NCBI GenBank assembly: GCA_963723855.1
Contig: CAVRSI010000015.1
Span: 115,815 to 179,814, forward strand
Length of the DNA: 64,000 nucleotides
Origin: an uncultured Actinomycetes bacterium
Lineage (GTDB): Bacteria; Actinomycetota; UBA4738; HRBIN12
Direction of reading: 5' to 3'
The translations under genes and the position numbers were made by a program. A model generated the notes under the pieces. It ran no database searches. It was not told where the DNA came from and saw nothing but the letters and a program-made list of their open reading frames with translations. This document shows, in pieces, positions 22,150 to 33,098 of this stretch. The first letter of the stretch is position 1; each line of letters starts with the position of its first letter.

Positions 22150-24106
22150 CTAGGCAGGGGCCAGTCCGGGATCCCCGAGCGTTCCGGGGCTCGACGGGCG
22201 ACGCCCGCGCTTCTTCTGGCTCGCCCTGGACACGCCGAGACCTGCGCTCCGTTCCTCGGCCTCGCGAGGTGCGCGCTTCTCGACGTCGCGGAAGAACTGC
22301 TCGACCGCTTCGCGGTCGAGCGTCTCCTTCTCCAACAGCACGGCTCGCGAGCGCGTCGAGCTTCTCGCGGTTCTCCACGAGGATGTCGAGCGCCACGTCG
22401 TGCGCCTCGTCGATCAGCTGGCGCACCTCCTGATCGATCTCGAACGCGACGGCGTCCGAGTAGTCCGGGGTGGAGCCCCAGTCGCGACCGAGGAAGACCT
22501 CGCCGCCTTGCTTCTGTCCGAGCGTCCGGGGGCCGATCGTGTCCGACATGCCGTACTCGGTCACCATCTGCCGCGCGACCTTGGTCGCCCGCTCGATGTC
22601 GTTGCGCGGCGCCGGTGGTCACGTCGCCCGCCACGATCTCCTCGGCGACGCGGCCGCCCATCAGCATCGCGAGCTCGTCCCGCATCTGCTCGCGCGTCAT
22701 CAGGAACTTGTCCTGCTCGGGGAGCGTGAGCGTGTAGCCCAACGCGCGCCCGCGCGGGATCACGGTGATCTTGTGCACCTCGTCCGTGTTGGGAAGGATG
22801 TGCGCGACCATGGCGTGACCGCCCTCGTGATAGGCGATCAACCGGCGCTCCTCCTCGTCCATCACGCGTGACTTCCGCTCGGGTCCGGCCATCACGCGGT
22901 CGACGGCCTCCTCGACCTCGATCATGGAGATGGCCTTCTTCGAGCGGCGGGCCGCGAGCAGCGCGGCCTCGTTGATCACGTTCGCGAGGTCGGCGCCGGT
23001 GAACCCCGGGGTGCGTCGCGCGAGCACCGCCAGGTCGACCGTCGAGTCGAACGGCTTGCCGCGAGCGTGCACCTTCAGGATCGCCTTGCGGCCCTCGAGA
23101 TCGGGCCGGTCGATCACGACCTGGCGATCGAAGCGGCCGGGACGCAGCAGCGCCGGGTCCAAGATGTCGGGCCGGTTCGTCGCGGCCATCAGGATCACGG
23201 TCGAACGCTGGTCGAACCCGTCCATCTCCACGAGGAGCTGGTTCAGCGTCTGCTCGCGCTCGTCGTGACCTCCGCCGAGGCCCGCGCCGCGGTGACGACC
23301 GACGGCATCGATCTCGTCGATGAACACGATCGCCGGAGCGCGCGGCCTTCGCCTGCTCGAACAGGTCGCGGACGCGGGCGGCTCCCACTCCGACGAACAT
23401 CTCGACGAAATCCGACCCGCTGATGGAGAAGAACGGCACGCCGGCCTCACCGGCCACGGCGCGGGCGAGCAGCGTCTTGCCCGTACCCGGTGGGCCGAAC
23501 AGGAGCACGCCACGAGGGATCTTGGCGCCCATCGCCTGGAACTTGGCGGGCGACTGGAGGTAGTCCTTGACCTCCTCGAGCTCCTCGATCGCCTCGTCCA
23601 CGCCGGCGACGTCGGCGAACGTGGTCTTGGGCTGGTCCTTGGACACGGTCTTGTGCCGGCTGCGCCCGAACTGCATGACGCGCCCGCCGCCTCCCTGCGA
23701 GCGGTTCATCACCCAGAGCAGGACCCCGGCGATGAGGACGACCGGCAGGATCACCGTGATGAGCGTGCTGAGGAGCGTGTTCGGGAGCTGAGGATCGGAG
23801 TCGTACGGCACCCGAGCGTCGGCCAGCAGCTTCTCCAGGTCGGTGCCGGAGTCGGCGAGGTACGGAGCGCGATACGTCCCCCCGGGCGCGTAGTCGCCGG
23901 TGATGATCTGATCGCCCTCGAGGAACTTCGCGTTGAGGATGTCGCCCTGCGCGACCGCCGCCCGGAACTCGGAGGTCGTGAGCGTCTTCCCCTCGGGCTT
24001 GCCTCCGAGCATGGACAAGCACGAGCATGAACCCCACGGTGATCAGGACGATCCACAACGTGGGCGTCCGGGCGATCTTCCGGAACGGGCTCTCGGGCTG
24101 GCTCAG
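22150..24106 (-). CDS. ftsH: ATP-dependent zinc metalloprotease FtsH (frameshifted; start uncertain)
   Basis: Two TMs, [41 protein letters not shown]. Confidence 0.93.
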
Positions 24107-24206
24107 CTGGGGCTCCTGGGAGTGGTCGGAGACGGTGCGGGCTCCGGCGCGATGCGCACGGAGGCCCGTTGCGCATGGTAGCACCGGCCGAAGTCAGAGG
24201 TGGAGA

Positions 24207-24584
24207 TCATCGGATCCCGCTGTCGACCTCGAGGGTCACCTGCGTGTACGCCCCGGCCACCACCTGCACCGTCTGCGGTACCGGCGTCGGCGGGCCGCTC
24301 CCGCTGGGAGAGATCGCGACCACCACGTAGGAGCCCGCACGCAGGTCGAGGGAGAACCGACCCTGCTCGTCGGTCGACACGCGTGTCGTGGCGCCGTCCG
24401 TCGACGTCGCCTGCACGTCGCCCTGGAACGGGCGATCGGGGCAGGGGCTCGCGAGGCTCTCGACCGGACAGGTTGGGCCCAGCTTCACGACACCGCGGAT
24501 CCCCGTGCCCGGCGGGGCTGAGCGTTGGCATCCGGCGAGGAGCAGGATCGCTACGAAGAGCAGTGCGAGGTGCCGCCGGGTCAT
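24207..24584 (-). CDS. Lipoprotein with a carboxypeptidase-regulatory-like beta-sandwich domain
   Basis: Lipobox LLAGC; GIRG.V.LGPTCPVE...PCPD; TDEQGRF; DSGIR terminus. Confidence 0.78.
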   Translation of the reverse strand: MTRRHLALLFVAILLLAGCQRSAPPGTGIRGVVKLGPTCPVESLASPCPDRPFQGDVQATSTDGATTRVSTDEQGRFSLDLRAGSYVVVAISPSGSGPPTPVPQTVQVVAGAYTQVTLEVDSGIR

Positions 24585-24624
24585 CCGGGTCGGACGACCT
24601 CGAACCGTGGTCGGTTCCCGCCGG

Positions 24625-25176
24625 TCAGGCCCCGCCGTACGCCTCGGGGCGAAGCGTCGCGATGTACGGCAGGTTCCGGTACCGCTCCGCGTAGTCGAGG
24701 CCGTAGCCGACCACGAACTCGTTCGGGATCTCGAAGCCCGTGTAGCGGATGTCGAGCGGTACCCGCTGCAGGTCGACCTTCCGCAGCAGCGCGGCGACCT
24801 CCAGGGAAGCGGGCTTGCGCGCTCGGAGGTTCTTCAAGAGGTAGTTGAGCGTGAGGCCGGAGTCCACGATGTCCTCCACCAGCAAGACGTCGAGCCCCTC
24901 GAGGTCGTGATCGAGGTCCTTGAGGATGCGGACCACGCCGGACGTCTGCGTGGCCGCCCCGTACGACGACACCGCCATGAAGTCGAACTCGAGCGGGAGG
25001 CGGATGTAGCGGGCCAGATCCGCCATGACGACGAACGCGCCTTTCAGGACGCCGACCAGCAGCAGCTTGCGTCCCGCGTAGTCGTTCCCGATCCGCTCTC
25101 CCAGCTCGGCGAGCTTGGCCTGGATCTCCTCGCCGGTGATCAGGATCCGATCGATGTCGGGTTCGTAGGCCTCCAC
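24625..25176 (-). CDS. hpt: Hypoxanthine phosphoribosyltransferase
   Basis: [32 protein letters not shown]. Confidence 0.95.
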   Translation of the reverse strand: MEAYEPDIDRILITGEEIQAKLAELGERIGNDYAGRKLLLVGVLKGAFVVMADLARYIRLPLEFDFMAVSSYGAATQTSGVVRILKDLDHDLEGLDVLLVEDIVDSGLTLNYLLKNLRARKPASLEVAALLRKVDLQRVPLDIRYTGFEIPNEFVVGYGLDYAERYRNLPYIATLRPEAYGGA

Positions 25177-25217
25177 GTGACCCGTCAGTGTAGAGAGCGA
25201 GGACGGTTCGATGAGCG

Positions 25218-26249
25218 TCACGCCTTCCCCTTTCCCGGTCGGGGTGGATCGGCCTCGCCGTCGCGGGGGGAAGGACGAGTGAGGCGAACATACTCCCGGT
25301 CGCGCCGGGCCTTCAAGCCGGAGGACAGATCTCGTCGCCGTCCGGGACGCCCCGCCGCCAGATCGAGGACGGCCAGCACGTCCGCCCGCGAGCACGGGAC
25401 CCCGCATCCGTAGACGGCGTGGGCCACGACGCGTCCCGAGATGGCACGGGGAAGGTCGAGCAATCGCGCCGCCAGGAGATCCGCACCGTCGGGCGTCTCG
25501 TCGACGACCTCGTCGAGCACGTCGAACGTCTGGCGCATCAGCTCGTCCGCGTCCTCACGCAGACCCGCCGCGGTTCGGACCAACGGCTCGCGAAGGCTCC
25601 GGCCGACCGCGCGCTCCAGGCCCGGTAACCCACGCAGGCGGATGGCGTTGCGCAGGAACCGCAGGTCCGCGTTCGAGGGATCGGTTCGCGGCCGCAGGTG
25701 GAGCGATCGACAGAACGCCTCCACGTCGTCCCGCGTCACGTCGATCAGCGGGTTCACCCAGGTGCCGGTCACCGGCGCGATACCGCTCATCCCGCGGATC
25801 CCGCTCCCGGTGATCAGGCCGATGAGCACGGTCTCGGCTTGATCGTCCATCGTGTGCCCGATCGCGGTCCTCGCGGCACCGGTCTCGTGCGTGACCTCGG
25901 CGATCGCGAAGTGCCGTTGCTCGCGCGCCCACGCCTCGACCGACGCGCCCTTGCCGGGCGACGATGTGGCGGCCCGCAGATGGCACGGCAGACGGTGGCG
26001 ATCCGCCAGCCGCGTGACGTACGCCGCGTCCGCCGCGGAGTCCTTCCGGAGCCCGTGATCGAAGTGGAAGACCTCGAGCCGGATCTTGAAGAGACGGCGG
26101 AGCCGCACGAGCGACTCCAGCATGCACACGGAATCCGGTCCTCCGGAGACCGCGACCAGGACCGTCTGGCCCGGCAGGAACATCTCGTGCTCGCGCGCCG
26201 TCGCCGTCACCCGCTCGAGGACCCGGGCGACTGCCGGAGGTCGGCGCAT
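25218..26249 (-). CDS. tilS: tRNA(Ile)-lysidine synthetase
   Basis: [35 protein letters not shown]. Confidence 0.93.
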   Translation of the reverse strand: MRRPPAVARVLERVTATAREHEMFLPGQTVLVAVSGGPDSVCMLESLVRLRRLFKIRLEVFHFDHGLRKDSAADAAYVTRLADRHRLPCHLRAATSSPGKGASVEAWAREQRHFAIAEVTHETGAARTAIGHTMDDQAETVLIGLITGSGIRGMSGIAPVTGTWVNPLIDVTRDDVEAFCRSLHLRPRTDPSNADLRFLRNAIRLRGLPGLERAVGRSLREPLVRTAAGLREDADELMRQTFDVLDEVVDETPDGADLLAARLLDLPRAISGRVVAHAVYGCGVPCSRADVLAVLDLAAGRPGRRRDLSSGLKARRDREYVRLTRPSPRDGEADPPRPGKGKA

Positions 26250-26257
26250 GGCGTTCC

Positions 26258-27333
26258 CTAGCCGCCGACCCTCGCGAGCCAGCGATCCGGCTTCGCCGAT
26301 CTCGTCGATCGTCGGCAGGTCGTCGGCGCTCCGCCACACCAGGTTGAACGTCGACATCCCCGCGCGCTCGACGATCGTGCGGACGAATCGCTCGCCGGTG
26401 TCGTACTGACGGATCTTCTGCTCGAATCCGATCGCGCGCTGCAGGGTCTTCTCGAGGTTCGAGGACTGCCTCCGCGCGGAGAGCGCCCGGCGCATGCGGT
26501 CCACGTCCTGCACGTGATCGCGGGCCACCTCGTTCATGACGAACGACGCGTGGCCCTCCAACAACGACATCATCGCCTGCATCCGCATGAACATCTCGCG
26601 TTGCTCGGGCGAGAGCAGGAGGAAGACGCCGCCCATGCCGCGCCAGTCGACGCCGGACCTGGCCTCCTCGGCCGCCCGTCGCAGCTGGTTCATGAGCTGG
26701 CTCGAGTCGAGCTGGATGCTGCCCAGGTAGTCGTCGACCTGCCCGGAGAGGTAGCCGCGGAGCCACGTGGCCGAGCCGAACTGCACGCGGTGGGTGACCT
26801 CGTGGATCGCGATCCACAACCGGAAGTCCTTGGGGGGAAGCGAGTAGCGCCGTTCCGCTTCGACGATGTTCGGACCGATGAAGTACAGGAGCCCTTCGTC
26901 GTCGGGAGGGAGGAAGACGTCGTACTGACCGAGGACCTTGCGAGCCACGTACCCCATCAGCGCGCCGGTCTGCGCGCCGAGCGCCTTCCGCTTGAACTCG
27001 GCGCGGGTGGGCCGCCCGTCGAGCATCCGCTCGGCGAGCGGCTCCAGCAAGCGCTGCAAGCCCGTTGAGGTTGGCGCGGATCCACTCCGATCGCGCCATG
27101 ACCCACGCGCGCGAGCGGAACCCCTGGACCTCCATGTCGGTGAAGCCGCGGATCAGTCCCTCGGCGCGGGGGACGATCTCGGCCATGTCCTCGCGGAGCC
27201 GGGCCCGCTCGACGCTGGGGACGGGAACGCCGGGACCGGAGACACGCCGGCCGATGTCGACCGCCGTGCCCCAATCGGCCAGACGGGACGCGTACGAACC
27301 CATCGACCAGTCGACGGCGTTGGCGGCGTCCAT
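26258..27333 (-). CDS. Zinc-dependent metalloprotease (DUF2342-like; frameshifted)
   Basis: KVLGQYD, HEVTHRVQF, MSLLEGHA, KIRQY..GERF; conserved position upstream of tilS in actinobacteria. Confidence 0.88.
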
Positions 27334-27349
27334 CGGCGGCGAGGGGGGA

Positions 27350-28034
27350 CTAGCCCCCTTCGGCCTTCTTCCGCGCTGCGATCATGGCGGCTCGGCGAGC
27401 CTGACCCTCGGCGACGCGGCGGTCGGTCCCCTTCTCCAGGAGTTCCGCGAGCTTCTCGTCGAAGACGGCTTGGTCGAGCGTGACCTCGACGCGCTCGGCC
27501 GGAGCGACCGGCGCGGCGGCGGCGGGGGCAAGTGTGGCGGCCGCGGGGGCTTCAGGAGCCGCGGGTGCAGGCGCCGCGGGTGCAGGCGCCGCGGCTGCTG
27601 CAGGCGCCGCGGCTGCTGCCGGGGCGGGTGCTGCCGGTCGCCGGGGCGGGCGCCGCCGCCGCGGGAGCCGTCGCTCCGACGGCAACCGGCACGGCGGGAG
27701 GTGCGACGACGATCGGAGCTGCCTGCGAGATGTCCACGTCACGGCGAGGAAGGGCTTGACCCGGGCGCACGCGGTCGGCGCGAACCACGCTCAGGCCTTC
27801 CTCGTCCTTCGCGAACCGCGGCGCATACCGCATGTACATGACGATCAGGAAGAGCACGGTGGCGACGCCCAAGAGGAACAGCAACTGGGCCATGGAGAAC
27901 ACCCAGCCGCCCGTGTTCTCCGTCGGCGTCGTCGAGGGATCGACCGGCGTTTGGGCGATGGCGGCATTCAGCGAGGTCGCGATGAACACGGAGGCTCCGG
28001 CGAGAACGACCAGGAGCTTGCGGGATGTCTTCAT
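27350..28034 (-). CDS. Hypothetical membrane protein with an Ala/Pro linker and a helical C-terminal domain (indel near 27645)
   Basis: Signal-like N-terminus, one TM, AAPA repeats, C-terminal LDQAVFDEKLAELLEKGTDRRVAEGQARRAA. Confidence 0.65.
27558..27620. repeat. Coding tandem repeats (15-18 nt units) encoding AAPAP/AAAAP
   Basis: Repeated GCCGCGGGTGCAGGC and GCCGCGGCTGCTGC units. Confidence 0.7.
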
Positions 28035-28108
28035 CTGGGCGCGATTGTCGCAACCTGAGGACCCAGCGGCAACCGGGTTCGAGCGCGCGTTCGCGACGGA
28101 CCGGCCGG

Positions 28109-28294
28109 TCAGCTGCGGTGGCGCACCCCTTGCACCTCGATCGCGAAGCCGATCAGCACACAGATCAGGCCGATCACGAACCAGAGCGAGCTCCCGCTCA
28201 TGAAGCTTCCGCCGATGACCCCGGCTCCCTGCAGCATCCACACGCCGCCGACGACGATCAGCAAGCCCCCGCCGACGATGAGAGCCCATCGCAT
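28109..28294 (-). CDS. Small two-TM membrane protein
   Basis: GGVWMLQGAGVIGGSFMSG pattern between two hydrophobic helices; GAGGGG SD. Confidence 0.72.
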   Translation of the reverse strand: MRWALIVGGGLLIVVGGVWMLQGAGVIGGSFMSGSSLWFVIGLICVLIGFAIEVQGVRHRS

Positions 28295-28308
28295 CTGGCC
28301 GGTGCCCC

Positions 28309-29310
28309 TCAGGCGATCCAGTGGAGCGCGCCGTCCTTGACCCGCACGCGTACGGCGGGTTGGGATCGCCGCTCCACGTCGTGATGTCGAACGTCGAGCC
28401 GACGTGGATCACGTGGACATCGAGGAACCTCGTCTCCGGCGGCGCTCCCGGCGCGCACGACACGACGTCGTCCGTGCGCATCTTGACGAACGAGACGTTC
28501 CCCTGGCCGACGACCGTGGCCACGCCATCCGGTCGTCACGAGCGCCGCGGCGTCCTCGTCCACGCCGATCCCCTTCACGCGCGACGCCCACCCATCGGTG
28601 ATGACGCGGGCCATGAACGTCAGCATCCGGCCCATGCGCGCGCGTTGCGTGAAGTGCGTGTCGGTGATCGCCGAGGTCAGCACCGGGAGGTCGAGCATGT
28701 CGCGTTCGAGCGTGATCTTCTTCGCGTAGCAGTCCGCCATAGCCTGGCCGGACTGGATCGTGTCCTTCTCCGCCGCGAACAGGAACTGCCCCAGGATCGC
28801 CAGGCCGGCGCTGATCCCGCCGACCGCTCCCGAACGCGCGATCACCGCGTTGATGGCATCCTCGACCGGCGAGTCCTTCCAGACCCGCACGTAGTCGGAT
28901 TGATCGCCGCCGGCGAAGAAGATCCCGTCGGCGCCCGAGATGCTCTGGATCACGAACGGATCGGACGCCGCCTCGGGCTTCGTGAGCTTGAGCGTCTGCA
29001 CCGAATCCACCGCGTGGATGTTCAGGACGTACTGGTTGTAGATGTTGCCGCAGGTCGCGCAGACGATGACGATGTCGCCGTAGCCGGCCTGGTGCAGGAA
29101 CCACTCCCACGCGGGGATCCGGTCGGACCCGCCGCCCTCGAGCATGGCGCCACCCCGCGTATGGACCTGGACATCGGCTGGATTCCCGCGGAGCCAGGAG
29201 CGCCATCCGTCGCCGTGGGTCTCGGTGGCGCGCGCCGGCGAGGGGACCACCGGGAGCATGACGAACGCAAGGGCGAGGATCGCGATGACGCGGGAGGTCG
29301 TTCGCAGCAC
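28309..29310 (-). CDS. Secreted cyanophycinase-like peptidase (S51; C-terminal indels)
   Basis: Signal peptide; FAGGDQS.Y, GGISAG nucleophile, DTHFTQRARMGR, GIGVDED. Confidence 0.88.
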   Translation of the reverse strand: MLRTTSRVIAILALAFVMLPVVPSPARATETHGDGWRSWLRGNPADVQVHTRGGAMLEGGGSDRIPAWEWFLHQAGYGDIVIVCATCGNIYNQYVLNIHAVDSVQTLKLTKPEAASDPFVIQSISGADGIFFAGGDQSDYVRVWKDSPVEDAINAVIARSGAVGGISAGLAILGQFLFAAEKDTIQSGQAMADCYAKKITLERDMLDLPVLTSAITDTHFTQRARMGRMLTFMARVITDGWASRVKGIGVDEDAAALVTTGWRGHGRRPGERLVRQDAHGRRRVVRAGSAAGDEVPRCPRDPRRLDVRHHDVERRSQPAVRVRVKDGALHWIA

Positions 29311-29401
29311 GATCCGGAAGCCTCTCCCGGGAGCCCCTCGCCGTCAACAACTGGTGGACCGGGGGGTGCTCGGATACGCTCGCCGCCGTGGGGGAGCGTC
29401 C

Positions 29402-32400
29402 ATGACCTGCTCGAGCTGTGGCACCGAGAATCGCGGGGGGCGCAAGTTCTGCTCCGCATGCGGTGCTCCCTTGTCGCATGCGTGCCCTCAGTGCGGCGCC
29501 GCGAACGATCCGGGTGATCGGTTCTGCGGCGAATGCGGGACCGTCCTACGCGAGAGGACGTCGTCCCAGGAGCCCCGGCCGGCGCCCGTCTCCGAGCGGA
29601 AACTCGTTTCGGTGCTCTTCGCCGACCTGGTCGGGTTCACGGCGCTGTCCGAGGACCGCGACCCTGAGGAGGTCCGGGAACTCTTGTCGAGGTACTTCGA
29701 AACGGCGCGAACGCTCATCGAGCGGTACGGCGGAACGGTCGAGAAGTTCATCGGCGATGCGGTGATGGCTGTCTGGGGCGCGCCAGTGACCCAGGAGGAC
29801 GACGCGGAGCGCGCCGTCCGAGCCGGACTCGAACTGGTCGATGCGGTGACGGCACTCGGGTCCGACGTTGGGGCGGATCTGGCCGCACGCGCGGGGGTCG
29901 CAACAGGCGAGACGGCCGTCACGCTCGCGGCGGAGGGCCAGGGATTGGTCGCAGGAGACCTGGTGAACACGGCAGCCCGCGTGCAGACGGCCGCCTCACC
30001 CGGCACCGTGTTCGTCACGGACGTCACGCGACGGGCAAGCGACGCCGCGATCGTGTACGAAGACGCCGGGACGCACAAGCTGAAGGGCAAGGCCGAACCG
30101 ATGGCGCTCGCGCGTGCGATGCGCGTGATCGCGCTGCGCGGAGGCGAGCTCAGATCGGCGGGGCTGGAGTCGCCATTCGTCGGCAGGGACCGCGAGATGC
30201 GGTTGATCAAGGACCTGTTCCACGCGGCGGCCGACGAGAGGCGGGTGCATCTCCTGTCCGTCGTCGGGATCGGCGGCATCGGGAAATCCCGGCTGTCGTG
30301 GGAGTTCCTGAAGTACATCGATGGGCTGATGGACACGGTCTGGTGGCATCGCGGCCGATGCCTGGCATACGGCGAGGGCATCACGTATTGGGCACTCTCG
30401 GAGATGGTCCGTTCGCGGGCTGGGATCGGGGAGGATGAGCCCAGCGACTCCGCCGGTCGCAAGCTGGACGCTTGTGTCGGGGAGTGGATCACGGATCCCG
30501 AGGAACGACGCTGGGTGGAGCCGCGGCTCGCCCACCTGCTCGGGCTCGAGGAGCGAACGTCCTGGTCACGTGACGACCTGTTCTCCGGATGGCGCCTGTT
30601 CTTCGAGCGGATCGCCGACCGAGGCGGTCCGACGGTCATGGTGTTCGAGGATGTCCAGTGGGCGGACGACGCCCTGCTCGACTTCGTGGACCACGTGGCC
30701 GAACGAGCGCGGGATCATCCCTTGTTCGTGGTCACGCTCTCGCGGCCCGAGCTGATCGAACGCCGGCCGGACTGGGGGTCAGGGAAGCACCGGTTCACGT
30801 CCCTGTACCTGGAGCCGCTGCCCGATGACGCGATCGACGAGCTACTCCGCGGCATGGTGCCGGGGCTTCCCGACGATCTCCTGGTGAGGGTCCGCGAGCG
30901 GGCGGAGGGCGTGCCGCTCTTCGCCGTGGAAACCGTCCGGATGCTGCTGGACAAGGGCCTGCTCGCACGCGGCGAGAGCGACAGTTACGAGCTGACCGGC
31001 TCGGTCGACGAGCTCGAGGTGCCCGGCTCGCTCCAGGGATTGATCGCCGCGCGACTGGACGGCCTGCCCGTGCAAGAACGGGCGCTGCTCCAGGACGGCG
31101 CGGTGCTGGGCAAGACGTTCCCCCGTCAAGCGATCGCGGCGTTGAGCCCTCTCCCCGACGACCGGCTGAATGTGCTGCTCGCGTCCCTGGTCCGTAAGGA
31201 GTTCCTCTCGATCCAGAGCGATCCGCGGGCTCCGGATCACGGCCAGTACGGGTTCCTCCAGTCGCTCGTCCAGAAGGTCGCGTACGACACGCTCGCGAAG
31301 AAGGATCGGCGGGCCCGGCACCTGGCCGCGGCCGAGAACCTCGAGCACACGTGGACGGGGGATGAGGACGAGATCGTCGAGGTGATCGCCGCGCACTATA
31401 CGGAGGCTTATCGGTCGGCCCCGGACGAGCCGGGCGCGGAACAAGTCCGCGCGAAAGCACGGGACACGCTCACACGTGCGGGACGTCGCGCCCAGCAGCT
31501 CGCCGCGCCGCGCGCCGCCCGCGGGTACTTCCTGCGTGCCGCCGAGCTCGCCGACACCGACGGCGAACGGGCCTCGTTGCTGGAGCTCGCTGGCAGCATG
31601 GCGAGCGTCAGCGCGACGTTCGACGAGGCGAAGGGCGACCTCGAGGAAGCGGAGGCGCTGTTCCGCTCCGAAGGACGGACGCACGACGCGGCGCGCGTGT
31701 CGGCCCGGATCGGCGGCCTCTCCTTCCTCACGTCGAAGCTCGACGACGCGCTCGTTCGGATGACATCCGCGTTCGACATCCTGAAGAACGACGAGCCCGA
31801 TGAGGATCTGGCGGTGCTCGCGGCCCAGCTGGGGCGGCTCCACTTCTTCGCGGGGCACCTCGAGGAGGCGTCGAACGCGATCGAGCTCGCACTGGACGTG
31901 GCCGAGTCGCTCTGGCTCCCCGAGACGATCTCGGAGGCGATGAACACGAAAGGGCTCATCGCAAGCGCCCGCGGACGTCCCGAGGAATCGCTGGCATTGA
32001 TCCGCCGCAGCCTCGAGGTCGCGCTCGAGAACGACACGCCGAGCGCCGCGCTCCGGGCGTACACCAACCTGGCCAACGAGATGTATGAGCGCGATCGTTA
32101 TGACGAATCCACACGGCTCGATCTCGACGCGATCGCTATGGCGCGCCGGCTCGGCTGGAGCGGCCCCGAATGGTTCGCCAGGATGCAGATCGTGGGACAC
32201 CAGTCCCTGTCCGGTGCCTGGGACGACGTACTCAGCACGATGCGCGAGGCTCTCGAGTCGGACGACCCCGGCGTTCGAGCGGGCCTCGAAGGGGTTGCGT
32301 TGGGAGCGATGGAGGTGGCGAGCAACCGGGGTGACGTCGATGAGGTGAACCGCTTCTTCGCGATCTGGGATGACTACAGCGCCAGCGACGACGTCCAGGC

Positions 32401-32917
32401 GCGCGCGATCTACGCCGTGGTGCGCGCGGTCGCCGCGGACGCCAACGGCGAACGGCGACAGGCGCTCGTGTTCGCGCGCGAGGCGTTCGACCTGCGCGAC
32501 GCGTTGAGCCACCGGCACGGAGCCGTGAAGTGGTCGTACCCGATCGCCGTCTCGACCGCCCTCGACGTGGGGGATATCGGAGCGGCCGAAGAGCTCGTCT
32601 CGACCGTGGAGGCCTGGAAACCCGGACAAGTCTCGCCGTTGATGCGGGCGATGACCGAGCGGTTCCGCGCATGCCTCGCCCCCGACGAGCCGGAAACTGA
32701 CGCCAGGTTCAAGTCGGCGACCGGCCTGCTTCGGGAGATCGGCGCTCCGTTCCATCGCGCGTGCACGATGCTCGACCACGCCCGATGGCTCGTCGCCAAG
32801 GGGATGGGAGACGCCGAACCGCTCCTCACGGAGGCGAGGGAGATCTTCGAGGAACTCCGGGCCGTCCCCTGGCTTGCAAGGCTCGACGCGATCGCCTCGA
32901 GTCGCGTGAGGACCTGA
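29402..32917 (+). CDS. Double zinc ribbon - class III nucleotide cyclase - AAA/STAND ATPase - TPR protein
   Basis: 4x CxxC; LFADLVGFT, EKFIGDAV, GDLVNTAARVQ; Walker A GIGGIGKS, Walker B VFEDVQWAD; helical repeats. Confidence 0.92.
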   Translation: MTCSSCGTENRGGRKFCSACGAPLSHACPQCGAANDPGDRFCGECGTVLRERTSSQEPRPAPVSERKLVSVLFADLVGFTALSEDRDPEEVRELLSRYFETARTLIERYGGTVEKFIGDAVMAVWGAPVTQEDDAERAVRAGLELVDAVTALGSDVGADLAARAGVATGETAVTLAAEGQGLVAGDLVNTAARVQTAASPGTVFVTDVTRRASDAAIVYEDAGTHKLKGKAEPMALARAMRVIALRGGELRSAGLESPFVGRDREMRLIKDLFHAAADERRVHLLSVVGIGGIGKSRLSWEFLKYIDGLMDTVWWHRGRCLAYGEGITYWALSEMVRSRAGIGEDEPSDSAGRKLDACVGEWITDPEERRWVEPRLAHLLGLEERTSWSRDDLFSGWRLFFERIADRGGPTVMVFEDVQWADDALLDFVDHVAERARDHPLFVVTLSRPELIERRPDWGSGKHRFTSLYLEPLPDDAIDELLRGMVPGLPDDLLVRVRERAEGVPLFAVETVRMLLDKGLLARGESDSYELTGSVDELEVPGSLQGLIAARLDGLPVQERALLQDGAVLGKTFPRQAIAALSPLPDDRLNVLLASLVRKEFLSIQSDPRAPDHGQYGFLQSLVQKVAYDTLAKKDRRARHLAAAENLEHTWTGDEDEIVEVIAAHYTEAYRSAPDEPGAEQVRAKARDTLTRAGRRAQQLAAPRAARGYFLRAAELADTDGERASLLELAGSMASVSATFDEAKGDLEEAEALFRSEGRTHDAARVSARIGGLSFLTSKLDDALVRMTSAFDILKNDEPDEDLAVLAAQLGRLHFFAGHLEEASNAIELALDVAESLWLPETISEAMNTKGLIASARGRPEESLALIRRSLEVALENDTPSAALRAYTNLANEMYERDRYDESTRLDLDAIAMARRLGWSGPEWFARMQIVGHQSLSGAWDDVLSTMREALESDDPGVRAGLEGVALGAMEVASNRGDVDEVNRFFAIWDDYSASDDVQARAIYAVVRAVAADANGERRQALVFAREAFDLRDALSHRHGAVKWSYPIAVSTALDVGDIGAAEELVSTVEAWKPGQVSPLMRAMTERFRACLAPDEPETDARFKSATGLLREIGAPFHRACTMLDHARWLVAKGMGDAEPLLTEAREIFEELRAVPWLARLDAIASSRVRT

Positions 32918-32918
32918 G

Positions 32919-32990
32919 AGCCGGAGCGGGGATTCGAACCCCGGACCTACCACTTACGAGGCGGTTGCTCTACCACTGAGCTACTCCGGC
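32919..32990 (-). tRNA. tRNA-Thr(CGT), CCA not encoded
   Basis: Reverse complement GCCGGAGTAGCTCAGTGGTAGAGCAACCGCCTCGTAAGTGGTAGGTCCGGGGTTCGAATCCCCGCTCCGGCT; upstream TAGACT. Confidence 0.95.
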
Positions 32991-33098
32991 GGCGGTTGCC
33001 GAGTCTACCGAACCGGGTCGCTGGCACCCACGGCACCATCCGCAGGAGGCGGGTGCCCGGCTCGTCGCGGACGGGCCTCCATCGGAGATGATGCGCGC

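Noticed and set aside
25218-27059. Apparent metalloprotease-TilS fusion
   Set aside because: An indel near 26280 skips the protease stop at 26258-26260; these are normally separate adjacent genes
27540-27660. Short repeats as a possible CRISPR array
   Set aside because: Codon-multiple GC-rich units without unique spacers, inside an Ala/Pro linker; no cas genes
32919-32990. tRNA-Thr genes as attachment sites of an integrative element
   Set aside because: No integrase or duplicated tRNA 3' end seen; similarity between the two tRNA ends is explained by both being full tRNA-Thr genes
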